In this document: in pieces, positions 44,674 through 54,312 of the stretch
How the letters are laid out: each line of letters starts with the position of its first letter
Position numbering within the stretch: the first letter of the stretch is position 1
NCBI GenBank assembly: GCA_027339965.1
Contig: DAHWNL010000073.1
Coordinates: forward strand, 16,177 to 80,176
DNA length: 64,000 nucleotides
Source: Granulicella sp.
GTDB lineage: Bacteria; Acidobacteriota; Terriglobia; Terriglobales; Acidobacteriaceae
Reading direction: 5' to 3'
The notes under the pieces: model-generated
The model's input: the letters and a program-made list of their open reading frames with translations, nothing else
Told to the model about the DNA's origin: nothing
Database searches by the model: none
Program-made: the position numbers and the translations under genes

Positions 44674-45629
44674 TGGCCGATCTCGCTTTCCGCAAGAACC
44701 TTCACATCCTCGCCCGGAGAGTTTTGCGTGGTCTTTTCGGCATACTTCGCGGCCATGCGGACGATCGACTCAAAAGCCTCCTTCATGAGCAGGCGCTTCC
44801 GGTCGCCCTCTGTCTTGGCGATCAGGGGCAACATGATCTCCTTGTGTGCAGGCAGGATCCGGTCGATGCCCAGTAATTCCATTGCCATCGCCACGTCATT
44901 CATCTCGGAGATCGACGGTGGCTTTTCGAGCGTGTAAGCCCGCAGACTCCTGGCCAATCCAGCGATGAACCGGTGCGTCGCCGCGTCTACGTGGGGCGTG
45001 CGTCTTGCCACGATCGCGGCTTCCCGTTCCGCGTTCGGATGCTCAACAACCAGATAGAAGCATCGCCGCCGAAGCGGATCGCCGAGCCTGCGTTCTTGAT
45101 TCGAGGTGAGAAACACCAAAGGAATGGAAGTCGCGCGTATTGTGCCCATCCTTGGAATCGACAATGTCCACACGGAGAGGAGTTCCAGCAGCATCGCCTC
45201 GAAGGCATAGTCGACTTTGTCGATCTCATCGATGAGCAGGACGCATGAATCTTCCTGCTCAATTGCTTCGAGCAGCGGACCAGCCATGAAGTAGGCTCGG
45301 CTTGTGATTTCGCGCTTGATCTGCGCCCAGTCTGGAGTCTGGCTACTTCTGCTCATCAGCAGGACATAGAGTTCCTGCAAACTCCGGTCGTACTGCCCGA
45401 TGGCTTTTTCATCGTCGATTCCCTGGTAGCACTGCAGGCGCAGCAGGGGTACAACACATGCGCGCGCAACCGACTGTGCGAGTTCCGTTTTGCCAGCGCC
45501 AGCTGGACCTTCCAACAGAATGGGGCGATGGATGCTTCCCGCGAGGAACACGGCAGTCGCCACTTTGATGTCAGTAATGTAGCCTGCGCTTTCAAGTCCG
45601 GCTAGCGTTTCCGTGGGTGAAGCAAACAT
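44670..45629 (-). CDS. MoxR-family AAA+ ATPase
   Basis: LLEGPAGAGKTELA, RLQCYQG, LLIDEIDK, LTSN..R.L.DPLRRRC. Confidence 0.92.
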   Translation of the reverse strand: MFASPTETLAGLESAGYITDIKVATAVFLAGSIHRPILLEGPAGAGKTELAQSVARACVVPLLRLQCYQGIDDEKAIGQYDRSLQELYVLLMSRSSQTPDWAQIKREITSRAYFMAGPLLEAIEQEDSCVLLIDEIDKVDYAFEAMLLELLSVWTLSIPRMGTIRATSIPLVFLTSNQERRLGDPLRRRCFYLVVEHPNAEREAAIVARRTPHVDAATHRFIAGLARSLRAYTLEKPPSISEMNDVAMAMELLGIDRILPAHKEIMLPLIAKTEGDRKRLLMKEAFESIVRMAAKYAEKTTQNSPGEDVKVLAESEIGQ

Positions 45630-45711
45630 CCCCTCTGTCCCTCCAACGCATTTAGCGTAGGGAGAGCCTAGGATGGAACTGAGTTTGGGTCAAATCACTA
45701 GGAGAGGCACC

Positions 45712-46074
45712 CTATCGATCCGGGTAAACCTGGTTGTCGGGCCCCATCCATCCTCTTTCGGTCCAATGAAAGGCGTAGTTGCTCTGGTACGTCTCGATAG
45801 TGCCAGGGGTCCTGTTTCCCAACTGAACAATGTCCTTCACCTTCGCCTCATAATAGAGGGTGTAGACATCGTTTCCGTCGATCCTCTGCATTTGCCCGTT
45901 TGTCTTCGTTAGTGTGAGCAAATCCTGTGTATGCAGGTTCTTGTGAATATCCTTCCATACTGCGATCGCATCCTGAGCAGTTGGCGGTGCCGGCGTGCGT
46001 TTGCAGGCAGTTAGTTGCCATGTAATCAGGCCAAAGGCTGCGAGGAGGAGAAGCGAGGGAATGAGTCTCTTCAT
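45712..46074 (-). CDS. Putative lipoprotein
   Basis: Signal peptide with lipobox LTAC. Confidence 0.7.
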   Translation of the reverse strand: MKRLIPSLLLLAAFGLITWQLTACKRTPAPPTAQDAIAVWKDIHKNLHTQDLLTLTKTNGQMQRIDGNDVYTLYYEAKVKDIVQLGNRTPGTIETYQSNYAFHWTERGWMGPDNQVYPDR

Positions 46075-46391
46075 TTTGGGGGAGGTCCTTTGCGAGATTT
46101 CATTCTTTCGAGCAATGGCTTCATCTGTTCGAGCGTGCTTTCGAAAGCGTCCCGCGCCTCGGCCATCCCTCGTTCCGGTCCGTAGCGGATGACCAAGTGC
46201 ACGATCAAAGTGCGAGCCAAAGCAAGATCCGTCAACAGCGGCAGGAAAGGTTCAGGCGCCGATTTCTCAAGTTCCTGAACGAAGGCAAGAATCTTCTCCG
46301 TATATTCATCGCTGCGCGCCTTTCCCAACTCGGTGATCCATTCGGATTCCATGTCGAACTCGTTGCTCATCACCGCAGCCTCGCAGCGCAT
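46071..46391 (-). CDS. Hypothetical protein
   Basis: 106-aa ORF with ATGA overlap to the lipoprotein gene. Confidence 0.55.
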   Translation of the reverse strand: MRCEAAVMSNEFDMESEWITELGKARSDEYTEKILAFVQELEKSAPEPFLPLLTDLALARTLIVHLVIRYGPERGMAEARDAFESTLEQMKPLLERMKSRKGPPPK

Positions 46392-46678
46392 TTATTGATT
46401 TCTTTGTACCACCGTTCCCCACCGACTCAACAGCGGAACTCTCATGCGCTGCTGCGTGATCTTAAGGTCTGCGCCACACATTGTGTTTCGACTACTAATC
46501 CACCCACTCAGCTAACCGTGGGGTTGACCTCTTCGGCAGGCACCCGCTTCGTCCGACAAATCGGAGGGAAGGCCACCAGTCGGCGCCCATTTGACCGAAA
46601 ACCGAATTCGACCCAAGATTTCCACACTTCGCCGGGTTCGCCACCCCGGACAACGTATCACGGGAGGAATTTGACGTT

Positions 46679-46918
46679 ATGGGATCAGTGGTCGCCATAA
46701 GGGAAATTGAGCAGGTCGATTCTCTTCTGACCGCCGAAGAGGTCGCCCTAAAGTTAAAGGTCAGCAAGGATTGGGTATGGGATCACTCCTCGCGGAGATT
46801 GCCCTACCTGCCGGTCATCCGCATGAGCGATGGCGCCCTGCGGTACCGGGCGAGCGGGATCGAAGAGTTCCTGAAGGAGCGGGAACGGGCCTCTTGTCTG
46901 CGGCGCAAACGCCGGTAA
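46679..46918 (+). CDS. xis: Excisionase-like HTH protein
   Basis: LLTAEEVA..LKVSK.WV....LP....GALRY....IEEFL; upstream of the integrase; GGAGG RBS. Confidence 0.85.
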   Translation: MGSVVAIREIEQVDSLLTAEEVALKLKVSKDWVWDHSSRRLPYLPVIRMSDGALRYRASGIEEFLKERERASCLRRKRR

Positions 46919-46964
46919 AATGGGGGTGGCCACTTGTTCCCTCCACACAGAAATTGAGGAACAA

Positions 46965-48320
46965 ATGGGAATCTCGTACCAGAAAGGATGGGTCCGGCCA
47001 CGAGGGAAGAAATGGCATGGCTGTTTCCGCCGCACCGAGCTTGACCCTGAAACCAATGCACCCAAACTCGTCACTCACTCGTTCGTTCTGGGCTTCAGAT
47101 CTGAGATGTCGAAGTCCCAGGCGCGAGAGAAACTGGAAGACGAGATCGCCAAACTGGGCGGACGATCGACGGGAGCTCCATCCGTTGTCAACGGCGCGGT
47201 CACCTTCGAATGGTTCGTCAAAAACCGCTACCTGCCGCTGAAGGAGGGGGACTGGAGAGAAGAGACTGCCAAGATCAAGAAGTACCTGATCCAGGCAGAT
47301 CTCATCGATGTATTCGGGGACTATCGCCTTGAAAACTTCGACAAGGTAATTCTGCAGACCCATCTCAACAGGCTGGCCAAAATCCATTCACGAGACCGAG
47401 TGCTTCAGATCCGTTCCTATATGCGTGCCATCTTTGCGGAAGCCGTCGACCAGGACTTCATTCCGAAAGATCCCGCGCGCAAAGTCAGGCCTCCCGCAAA
47501 CCTGCGCGAGGTCGATAAGACGACGTTGAGCTGGGATCAGCTTCGCGCCGCCCTGGAAAAGCTCGGAGACATCAGTCTTCGGGACTGGATCCTGATGAAG
47601 CTCGACATGTCGAACGCGCTGCGGCCCAGCGAACTCTTTCCACTGCGGTGGCGCTGCTTCCTTGAGGACAACCGTGTCCTGGATATTCAGGAGACTGTTT
47701 ACAAAGGGAAGCTTCGGCCCTACGGAAAGACCAAATCCAGTCTCACCAAGGTTCCGATCGCCGACGTCCTGGCGAACGAAATCGCAGAATACCGGGAGGA
47801 GTGCAGGAAACAGGGGAAAGACACGTCCCCGGACGGTTTCATGTTTCCGGGGCGCTTCGGCAGACCGATGGACTCGAGCAACTTTCGCCACCGAGTCCTT
47901 CACAAGCTTGCGCGAGAACTGGAACTGCCAAAGCTGACGTTCCAGGTCATCCGCCGCACCATCGCCACCCTGGGAAAGACCAAGGGGCACCCCAAGGACA
48001 TCCAGGGCCTGATGCGGCACAGCCGGCTGGCGACGACCATGGAAGTCTACATGCAGTCGTTGCAGCGGGAGGTCCGCACGGCGATCAACTCGATTCACGA
48101 CGAGTTGATGTCGACCGGGATCAACGGCTCAGAACCGCAGCCGCCAACGATGCCTGAAGCAGGAACAGACCGCGGACTAGAAACATCTGGACGCGACCTC
48201 AAGATGGAACGGAAGCGCAAGCAGAAAGGAGAGGATGGGGGAAAGAAGATGCCGTCGCGCTGCAAGATTCTTCCATTTGCGGGCAAAATGCGGGCAAACG
48301 GTTTGGAAGGTTTCCGCTAA
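46965..48320 (+). CDS. int: Tyrosine integrase
   Basis: ALRPSELF.LRW, KTKSS, TFQVIRRT, MRHSRLATTMEVY; stop 14 bp from the tRNA 3' end. Confidence 0.93.
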   Translation: MGISYQKGWVRPRGKKWHGCFRRTELDPETNAPKLVTHSFVLGFRSEMSKSQAREKLEDEIAKLGGRSTGAPSVVNGAVTFEWFVKNRYLPLKEGDWREETAKIKKYLIQADLIDVFGDYRLENFDKVILQTHLNRLAKIHSRDRVLQIRSYMRAIFAEAVDQDFIPKDPARKVRPPANLREVDKTTLSWDQLRAALEKLGDISLRDWILMKLDMSNALRPSELFPLRWRCFLEDNRVLDIQETVYKGKLRPYGKTKSSLTKVPIADVLANEIAEYREECRKQGKDTSPDGFMFPGRFGRPMDSSNFRHRVLHKLARELELPKLTFQVIRRTIATLGKTKGHPKDIQGLMRHSRLATTMEVYMQSLQREVRTAINSIHDELMSTGINGSEPQPPTMPEAGTDRGLETSGRDLKMERKRKQKGEDGGKKMPSRCKILPFAGKMRANGLEGFR

Positions 48321-48334
48321 GTTGTTGGTGGATT

Positions 48335-48410
48335 TGGTGGACCTGGTCGGGATCGAACCGACGACCTCTTCCATGCCATGGAAGCGCGCTCCCAGCTGCG
48401 CCACAGGCCC
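48335..48410 (-). tRNA. tRNA-Ala (GGC); integration site
   Basis: 76-nt cloverleaf GGGCCTG...CTTCC-AT-GGC-AT-GGAAG...GGTTCGATCC...CAGGTCCACCA with G3:U70. Confidence 0.98.
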
Positions 48411-48772
48411 ACTCTCGAAAGGGGGGACGGTTTTATTGTCTCGGATGCCGGCCGGCAAGTCAAACCGCGCCAGCAGCCCCTGCCTTCAGGCCGTTTGGGG
48501 ATCGCCTCGCCCTGGGAAAACAGCTTGGAATCATATTGTTGGAGCAAACGGAGAGGCCAGCGCAACCTGCCGGGATGAGTCTGTCCGATGGCTGAATCCG
48601 GCGCTGGACGTCTTCCTCCTGCCAGAGAGGCCGGCTGGATCATCCAGGCGGCTTTGCCGCTGCTGATTACGGCGGCTCCAACAGACGGTCGCTCTCACCC
48701 TGCGGCCCACGCTAGACAGCCGATAGCCGAAGCGCCTAGTTTAGAGAGCATGGAAAACGTCCCTCGGTGAGG

Positions 48773-49480
48773 ATGGCTCCGGGGGCGGAGACGGCGATGA
48801 GCGATCTGGCAAGCGCAATCGGAATCCAAGAAGAAGAACAGGAACTGGTCACGGAGTTGAAGGCCGGCTCGGAGCAGGCCTTCGCTTTGCTGCTGGGACA
48901 GTACAGCCATCCCATATACTCCCTCATGCGCCGGACTCTGCGCGATCCGGCTGACGCTGCCGACGTCACCCAGGAGGTCTTCGTCAAGGTCTTCCGCAAG
49001 ATCTCCAGCTTCCACGGCGAGGCGAGTCTGCGCACCTGGATCTACCGCATTGCGCTTCATGAGGCCAGCAACCAACGCCGCTGGTGGAGCCGGCACAAGC
49101 GGCAGGAGCTGACCATCGACGCGCAGGTGGAGAACGACGAGGGCGAGTGCTTTTGCATGGCCGATGCTCTGGCCGCCAAGGATGCCTCTCCTTATGAACA
49201 TGTCGAGCATGCGCAGCTCGGGGAACAAGTGCTGGCGGCTTTGCGTACCCTCCCCGAGACCTTTCGTGAGGTCGTGGTGCTGCGCGAGGTCGAAGGCTTC
49301 GGTTATGAGGAGATCGCCGAGATGCTCGACGTCAACCTTGGAACCGTAAAGAGCCGGCTGATGCGCGGACGCGCCGCTCTCCGCGAGTCTCTGCGGCAAG
49401 GTGCGCCCTTGGTGCTGCACCTGGGCTCCGGCAGGCCGCAGCGTGCAACAGGGCAACGATTGGATCGGCTCACGACCTGA
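48773..49480 (+). CDS. ECF RNA polymerase sigma factor
   Basis: DAADVTQEVF, LRTWIYRIA, YEEIAEML...GTVKSRL.RGR. Confidence 0.95.
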   Translation: MAPGAETAMSDLASAIGIQEEEQELVTELKAGSEQAFALLLGQYSHPIYSLMRRTLRDPADAADVTQEVFVKVFRKISSFHGEASLRTWIYRIALHEASNQRRWWSRHKRQELTIDAQVENDEGECFCMADALAAKDASPYEHVEHAQLGEQVLAALRTLPETFREVVVLREVEGFGYEEIAEMLDVNLGTVKSRLMRGRAALRESLRQGAPLVLHLGSGRPQRATGQRLDRLTT

Positions 49481-49491
49481 GGCGAATCACC

Positions 49492-50223
49492 ATGAGATGG
49501 CGTTGGCACAACTCGGAAGAGCCCTCCCGGCAGACGACGGTTGGAGCTTCATCCAAGCCTTGCGCGGCCATTCAGGCGGAGTTCTCCGCCTATCTGGACG
49601 GCGCCGTCAGTGGCGTGGAGATGGGCTTGATCTCCAGTCATCTGCGGCAATGCTCCCATTGCGACATGGAGTTTGAGGTGTGGCGTGAGCTGCAGCAATC
49701 GCTTGGTTCGCTGCGCCCCGAACCTCCGCCCGCGCGTCTGCAGGCCTGGCTGCGGACCGCTCTGGCCGAAGAACGCAGACGAGGCGCGTATCTGCCCCCT
49801 CTGGCTCGATCCCTCTATTGGTGGAGACGCTCGATTGCCCCCTTCGCCCTGCGTCTCGCCGGCGGTCTGGCGGCAACCATCCTGCTGACTGCGGGGTTGA
49901 GCTGGGTCTTCGCTGTTCCCAGCACCGTTCAGGCCAATGACGATGCGATGGCTCACCTGGTGCCGCCCCACTATCTCTACTCGGCCACGCCTCCGCAGCC
50001 CATTACCACCCGCACAGGCGTTCCCATCGTGGTCGAAGCGTCGGTGGACAACCATGGCCGGGTTTACTCTTACAAGATCCTGGAAGGCCCAAATGATGCG
50101 GAGATCAACCTGCGCGTGGAGAACAACCTGCTCAGCAGCGTCTTCAAGCCAGCGACCGTCTTTGGAGTTCCGGTGCGCGGAGATGTGGTGATGACGTACT
50201 CCGGTGTGCTCGTGAAGGGCTAG
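49492..50223 (+). CDS. Anti-sigma factor (zf-HC2, TM, periplasmic domain)
   Basis: FSAYLDG, HLRQCSHC; adjacent to the ECF sigma. Confidence 0.85.
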   Translation: MRWRWHNSEEPSRQTTVGASSKPCAAIQAEFSAYLDGAVSGVEMGLISSHLRQCSHCDMEFEVWRELQQSLGSLRPEPPPARLQAWLRTALAEERRRGAYLPPLARSLYWWRRSIAPFALRLAGGLAATILLTAGLSWVFAVPSTVQANDDAMAHLVPPHYLYSATPPQPITTRTGVPIVVEASVDNHGRVYSYKILEGPNDAEINLRVENNLLSSVFKPATVFGVPVRGDVVMTYSGVLVKG

Positions 50224-50322
50224 CGCCGGGGGCAAGCGCAGGGGCAGGCGCTGATGCAGCAGCACCGTCGCCAAGCACAAGCGCCGCCGGGATTCCATAC
50301 CCCCTGGAGCTTCCATTAGACT

Positions 50323-52248
50323 GTGGCGATGCATCGAATCAGTATGGTGAGACACACAGTACGTTCCATCTCTTGGACACCCGCGTGGAAACCCGCGCAA
50401 AACTCGTGGACGCCCGCGCAAAAAAAGTTTGCCTGGCCGGCGCCGCGAAGGTTGGGCGGGCTGACCGCCGGGTTGTTGCTCGGCGCTTTGTTCTGTGCAA
50501 GCACGGTCGCCCTTCCGGCCCAGAGCTCGTCTTCCTCCACGGGCAGTTCAGCCGAATCGACGCTTCAGAACTCGTCCAGCCATGCGAGTGATTCCGTGAA
50601 CCCCGTCGACCGGCCCGCGGCGGCCCGGATCGAGCGTGGCGGCGCCGCTATCTCGCTGGAGACCAATGAGTCACTCTTCCAGATGGCGGTTGCGCTCAAC
50701 GCCTGCGGCTATGATGCCGACCTGGAAAGATCGGCTCCTGTGCGAGCCGAGGTGCGGGCCGACGTCAATGCGGCGCTCCAAGCCTCCGAGAGCGCTCGTG
50801 AGAGCCGGGATGATCTCTGCGCCTACATCGCCAAGCACCGTCTCGACGATCTGGGGGTGGAGGTCAGCCAGTACGTCTCGCTGGCGCTGTATCTTTCGCC
50901 GCCGCCGGATCTGATCCCAAACGTGGATCTTCCTCGGCTTCCGCCGCAGGCTGCGGATGTGGTGAACGTGCTGCCCTTGCTGCGCAACTTCGCCCAGCAG
51001 GTTGATCTGCACTACATCTGGATCAAGCACCGTCCGGAGTATGAAGCATTGCTGGCGCGGATCCACGATCCCATGACGGACATGATTCTGCAGACCAACT
51101 TCTATCTGCACAAGCCGCCCACCACGTTGAATACCCGGCGGTTTCTGGTCCTAGTAGAGCCGATGTTCTCGCCCAATCTGACCAACGCGCGGGTCTACGG
51201 GTCGGACTACATCATCGTGGTATCTCCGAACAAAACCGCTACCGGCGTTCCGGTGAATCTGAACCAGATCCGCCATGTCTATCTGCACTACGTGGTTGAG
51301 CCGCTGGTGTACAGCCGTGGTCAGGCCATGGAGGGAATGCAGCCTCTTCTGGAGACAGTGCAGAGTGCTCCGCTGCCCTTCTTTTATAAGAGTGACATTG
51401 TGGCGCTGATGACCGAGTGCGTGATCAAGGCCATTGAAGCCCACCTGTACCTCATCCCTCAGCCTCCGCCCAAGGTGCCCGGCGGCCCGAAGAGGAGCCA
51501 GGCGGACACAGCTTACCAGGCGGCAATGGCCGCTTACGACGCAGAGACTACCGCGGCGCGGGATAGCCTGGTGCTCTACGACATGCGCCAGGGCTGGATC
51601 CTCACCCAGTACTTCTACAACGGGCTCACCCAGATGCAGCACAGCGGCCAGGGCCTGAGCGATGTGATGGCCCCGCTGATCTATGGCATGGATGTGCAGC
51701 GCCAGAAGCACGCGGCAGAGCAGATTCTGTTTGTCAAAAGCGTTCCTCCCGACCCCTTGAGCCCCTCCTACACGCCGCACAAGATCCAGGGCATCGAGCT
51801 TGCCGAACAGGATTTGATGAAGGGAGACATTGCATCTGCGGAGACCCTGGCGCAAAAGGCCCTCAAGGATCCGTCGGGCGATCACGCGGATGCCACCTAC
51901 CTGATGGCTCGGATTGACCTGATGCAGGGCAACGCCGATGCAGCCACCAAAGCTTTCCAGCAGACTTTGACCCTGAGCCAGGATCCCAGGACCCTGGCCT
52001 GGAGCCACATCTACCTGGGACGCCTCTATGACGTGAAGGATCCGCCGCAGCGGGCCAAAGCGATCGCCGAGTACAAAGAGGCATTGGTGGTGCGGGACGG
52101 CAGTCCGGACACCAAGCAGGCGGCGGAGAACGGAATTGCCAGGCCGTTCCTGCTCCCGCAGCAGGCTGCGCCGGATGCGGACAATGAGCCGTTTGACCCG
52201 ACCGGGAAGGCGGAAAAGGAAGCCTACAAGCCCTCTGCTCCGCAGTAG
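50323..52248 (+). CDS. Secreted protein with C-terminal TPR repeats
   Basis: Signal-like segment; ATYLMARIDL.QG..DAA, AWSHIYLGRLYD; start uncertain. Confidence 0.8.
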   Translation: MAMHRISMVRHTVRSISWTPAWKPAQNSWTPAQKKFAWPAPRRLGGLTAGLLLGALFCASTVALPAQSSSSSTGSSAESTLQNSSSHASDSVNPVDRPAAARIERGGAAISLETNESLFQMAVALNACGYDADLERSAPVRAEVRADVNAALQASESARESRDDLCAYIAKHRLDDLGVEVSQYVSLALYLSPPPDLIPNVDLPRLPPQAADVVNVLPLLRNFAQQVDLHYIWIKHRPEYEALLARIHDPMTDMILQTNFYLHKPPTTLNTRRFLVLVEPMFSPNLTNARVYGSDYIIVVSPNKTATGVPVNLNQIRHVYLHYVVEPLVYSRGQAMEGMQPLLETVQSAPLPFFYKSDIVALMTECVIKAIEAHLYLIPQPPPKVPGGPKRSQADTAYQAAMAAYDAETTAARDSLVLYDMRQGWILTQYFYNGLTQMQHSGQGLSDVMAPLIYGMDVQRQKHAAEQILFVKSVPPDPLSPSYTPHKIQGIELAEQDLMKGDIASAETLAQKALKDPSGDHADATYLMARIDLMQGNADAATKAFQQTLTLSQDPRTLAWSHIYLGRLYDVKDPPQRAKAIAEYKEALVVRDGSPDTKQAAENGIARPFLLPQQAAPDADNEPFDPTGKAEKEAYKPSAPQ

Positions 52249-52625
52249 ATTCCGGCCGGAGCCGCCTGGCCGGACGTGAGCCGCCCGGGATCCTCGCCGG
52301 GCAACGGTCCTGCCCCGGCACAGGCTGAACCAGCCCAGCCATACCCGCCAGCCACACCCGCCAGCCATGCCAGGAAGACGCCTTGCCGCTGCTTCTTGGC
52401 GCATGCCGAACGGCTCTCAGCGACGATGCCAGGAGCAGGCGCGGGATCCTGCTCGTCGCGGCCTTGGGCCTGCGCGCTCCGTGGCATCTGCCGGCCGCGG
52501 CGGAAACACGCCAACCTGCCTCCGCGTAAAGTAGATGCCATGACCTCTGCTTCCGGGTCTGGACTTCCGGGGCTGGACTTCCAGATCTGGACAGGAACGG
52601 AAGAGAGAGATCGAGGACCGGAAAG

Positions 52626-53537
52626 ATGACGACGGGGCGAAAGAAGCCTGCGGAGGAACGCGAACCGGATACCGAGGCGAGATCGCTCCCTGCCGGCTGG
52701 CAAGAGTTGGAGCGCAGGCTCGGACATCGGTTCCGCAATGCGGAGTTGCTGGCCCTGGCACTGACCCATCGCTCCCACACCTATGAGGCCCGGCATGGAG
52801 TTCCAGAACTGCTCCAACCGGCTCGCCCGGAACAGCGCAACCAGAGGAATGCCCCCGGCACGGACAATGAGCAACTGGAGTTTCTCGGCGACGCTGTGCT
52901 GGGTCTGCTCGTCGCCGAGGCGCTGTTCAGAGAGTTCCCGCAGTGCGGCGAAGGTGAACTCACCCGTCTGCGCGCCAATCTGGTCAGCCGCAAGCGAATG
53001 GCCGAGATGGGCAGCCAGTTGGGCCTTGGTGAAGCGCTGCGCATGGGCAAGAGCGCGGAGTTCAATGGCGGACGCAGCAAGCCGGCGCTGCTGGCCAACG
53101 CTGCGGAGGCCGTCCTGGCCGCCGTCTATCTTGATGCCGGGAAGGAGGGTTTGCAGTCGGTGCGGCGGATCGTGGAGCGGTATCTCCTGCTGCCAGAGAT
53201 GGAAGCCATGCGGGCTGCGGTGGCCCAGGGAGCAGGGCGAGGAGCGCTGCGGGATCCCAAGACGGTGCTGCAGGAACGCGTCCAGGCCGAGGGGTTGGGA
53301 AAACTTCGCTACGTGGATACGGCCGAGAGCGGTCCCGCCCACCGCCGCTGCTTCTGCGTGGAGGCGCATCTGGTGAGCGGCGACGGAGAGCACGTGCTCT
53401 CCTCGGCTCAAGGCTCCAGCAAGAAGGAGGCCCAGCAGCGAGCGGCAGAACTGGCCCTGCAGGGCTGGAACCACCCTGATCGGATCCAGCCCGCCCTCGG
53501 GCAGGCCCCGCGGACTCCGGCTCGAGGGGAGCCGTGA
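52626..53537 (+). CDS. rnc: Ribonuclease III
   Basis: ALTHRS, NEQLEFLGDAVL, dsRBD DPKTVLQE...SKKEAQQ.AA. Confidence 0.96.
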   Translation: MTTGRKKPAEEREPDTEARSLPAGWQELERRLGHRFRNAELLALALTHRSHTYEARHGVPELLQPARPEQRNQRNAPGTDNEQLEFLGDAVLGLLVAEALFREFPQCGEGELTRLRANLVSRKRMAEMGSQLGLGEALRMGKSAEFNGGRSKPALLANAAEAVLAAVYLDAGKEGLQSVRRIVERYLLLPEMEAMRAAVAQGAGRGALRDPKTVLQERVQAEGLGKLRYVDTAESGPAHRRCFCVEAHLVSGDGEHVLSSAQGSSKKEAQQRAAELALQGWNHPDRIQPALGQAPRTPARGEP

Positions 53538-54259
53538 ACACGGGAGATCGTATCCGGATCGAGCAGGAGGGCCTGACGGCGAGCCTGAAGTCCGTGCTGG
53601 AGGTGGTCATCCTGGCCATCTTCATTGTGACCTTCATCGTGCAGCCCTTTCGGATTCCCTCCGGTTCCATGGAGCCAACCCTGCGCATCGGGGACTTTGT
53701 GCTGGTGGACAAGCAGGCCCTGGGACCCTCGCGCGGGTTGGAACGTCTGCTATTGCCGTCCCAGCAGCTCAAACGCGGGGACCTGGTGGTCTTTCGTTAT
53801 CCGGATCATCCCAGCCTGTACATGGTCAAGCGCGTGGTGGGCTTGCCGGGGGACTGGATCCAGATGCGCGCCGGGCAGGTGTGGATCAATGGCCTGCGGT
53901 TGGCCGAGCCCTACGCCTTTTACTCTCCCAGCCGTCCCAACGGGTTTCGGGATGACTTTCCCTCCCTGCTGGAGGCGGATCCGGACGTGAGCCTGCGCTG
54001 GTGGATCTGGCTGCGGAGCGCAGCAGTGGACGGAAAGATCCAGGTGCCTGCGGGGGAGTACTTCGTGCTGGGCGACAACCGCAATGACAGCGAGGACAGC
54101 CGCTACTGGGGATTTGTGCCCCAAAGCCAGATGGAAGGCCGCCCCCTGCTGGTGTACTTCACTCTGCCCCTGTCTGCCAGCGCCGATCATCTCTCGCTGC
54201 TGGGGCATTTGCGGCAGATTCTGCACACCGGTATGCGCAGTTGGAGGATCCTGCGGTAA
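53534..54259 (+). CDS. lepB: Signal peptidase I (copy 1)
   Basis: IPSGSMEPTL, VKRVVG.PGD, GDNRNDSEDSRYWG. Confidence 0.95.
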   Translation: MNTGDRIRIEQEGLTASLKSVLEVVILAIFIVTFIVQPFRIPSGSMEPTLRIGDFVLVDKQALGPSRGLERLLLPSQQLKRGDLVVFRYPDHPSLYMVKRVVGLPGDWIQMRAGQVWINGLRLAEPYAFYSPSRPNGFRDDFPSLLEADPDVSLRWWIWLRSAAVDGKIQVPAGEYFVLGDNRNDSEDSRYWGFVPQSQMEGRPLLVYFTLPLSASADHLSLLGHLRQILHTGMRSWRILR

Positions 54260-54312
54260 AGTTTCGATAATGCCGGCGCTGCTGCGCGGCTCGGATTGTA
54301 GGGAGAGTACAA

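Larger units (their letters stand above)
1..48410. mobile_element. Integrative conjugative element at tRNA-Ala(GGC); left end outside the window
   Basis: Integrase and excisionase abut the tRNA 3' end. VirB4, VirD4, VirB6, VirB10, a relaxase, ssb, PRTRC and toxin-antitoxin genes lie inside. Housekeeping genes resume right of the tRNA. No second copy of the tRNA 3' end was seen in the window. Confidence 0.9.
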
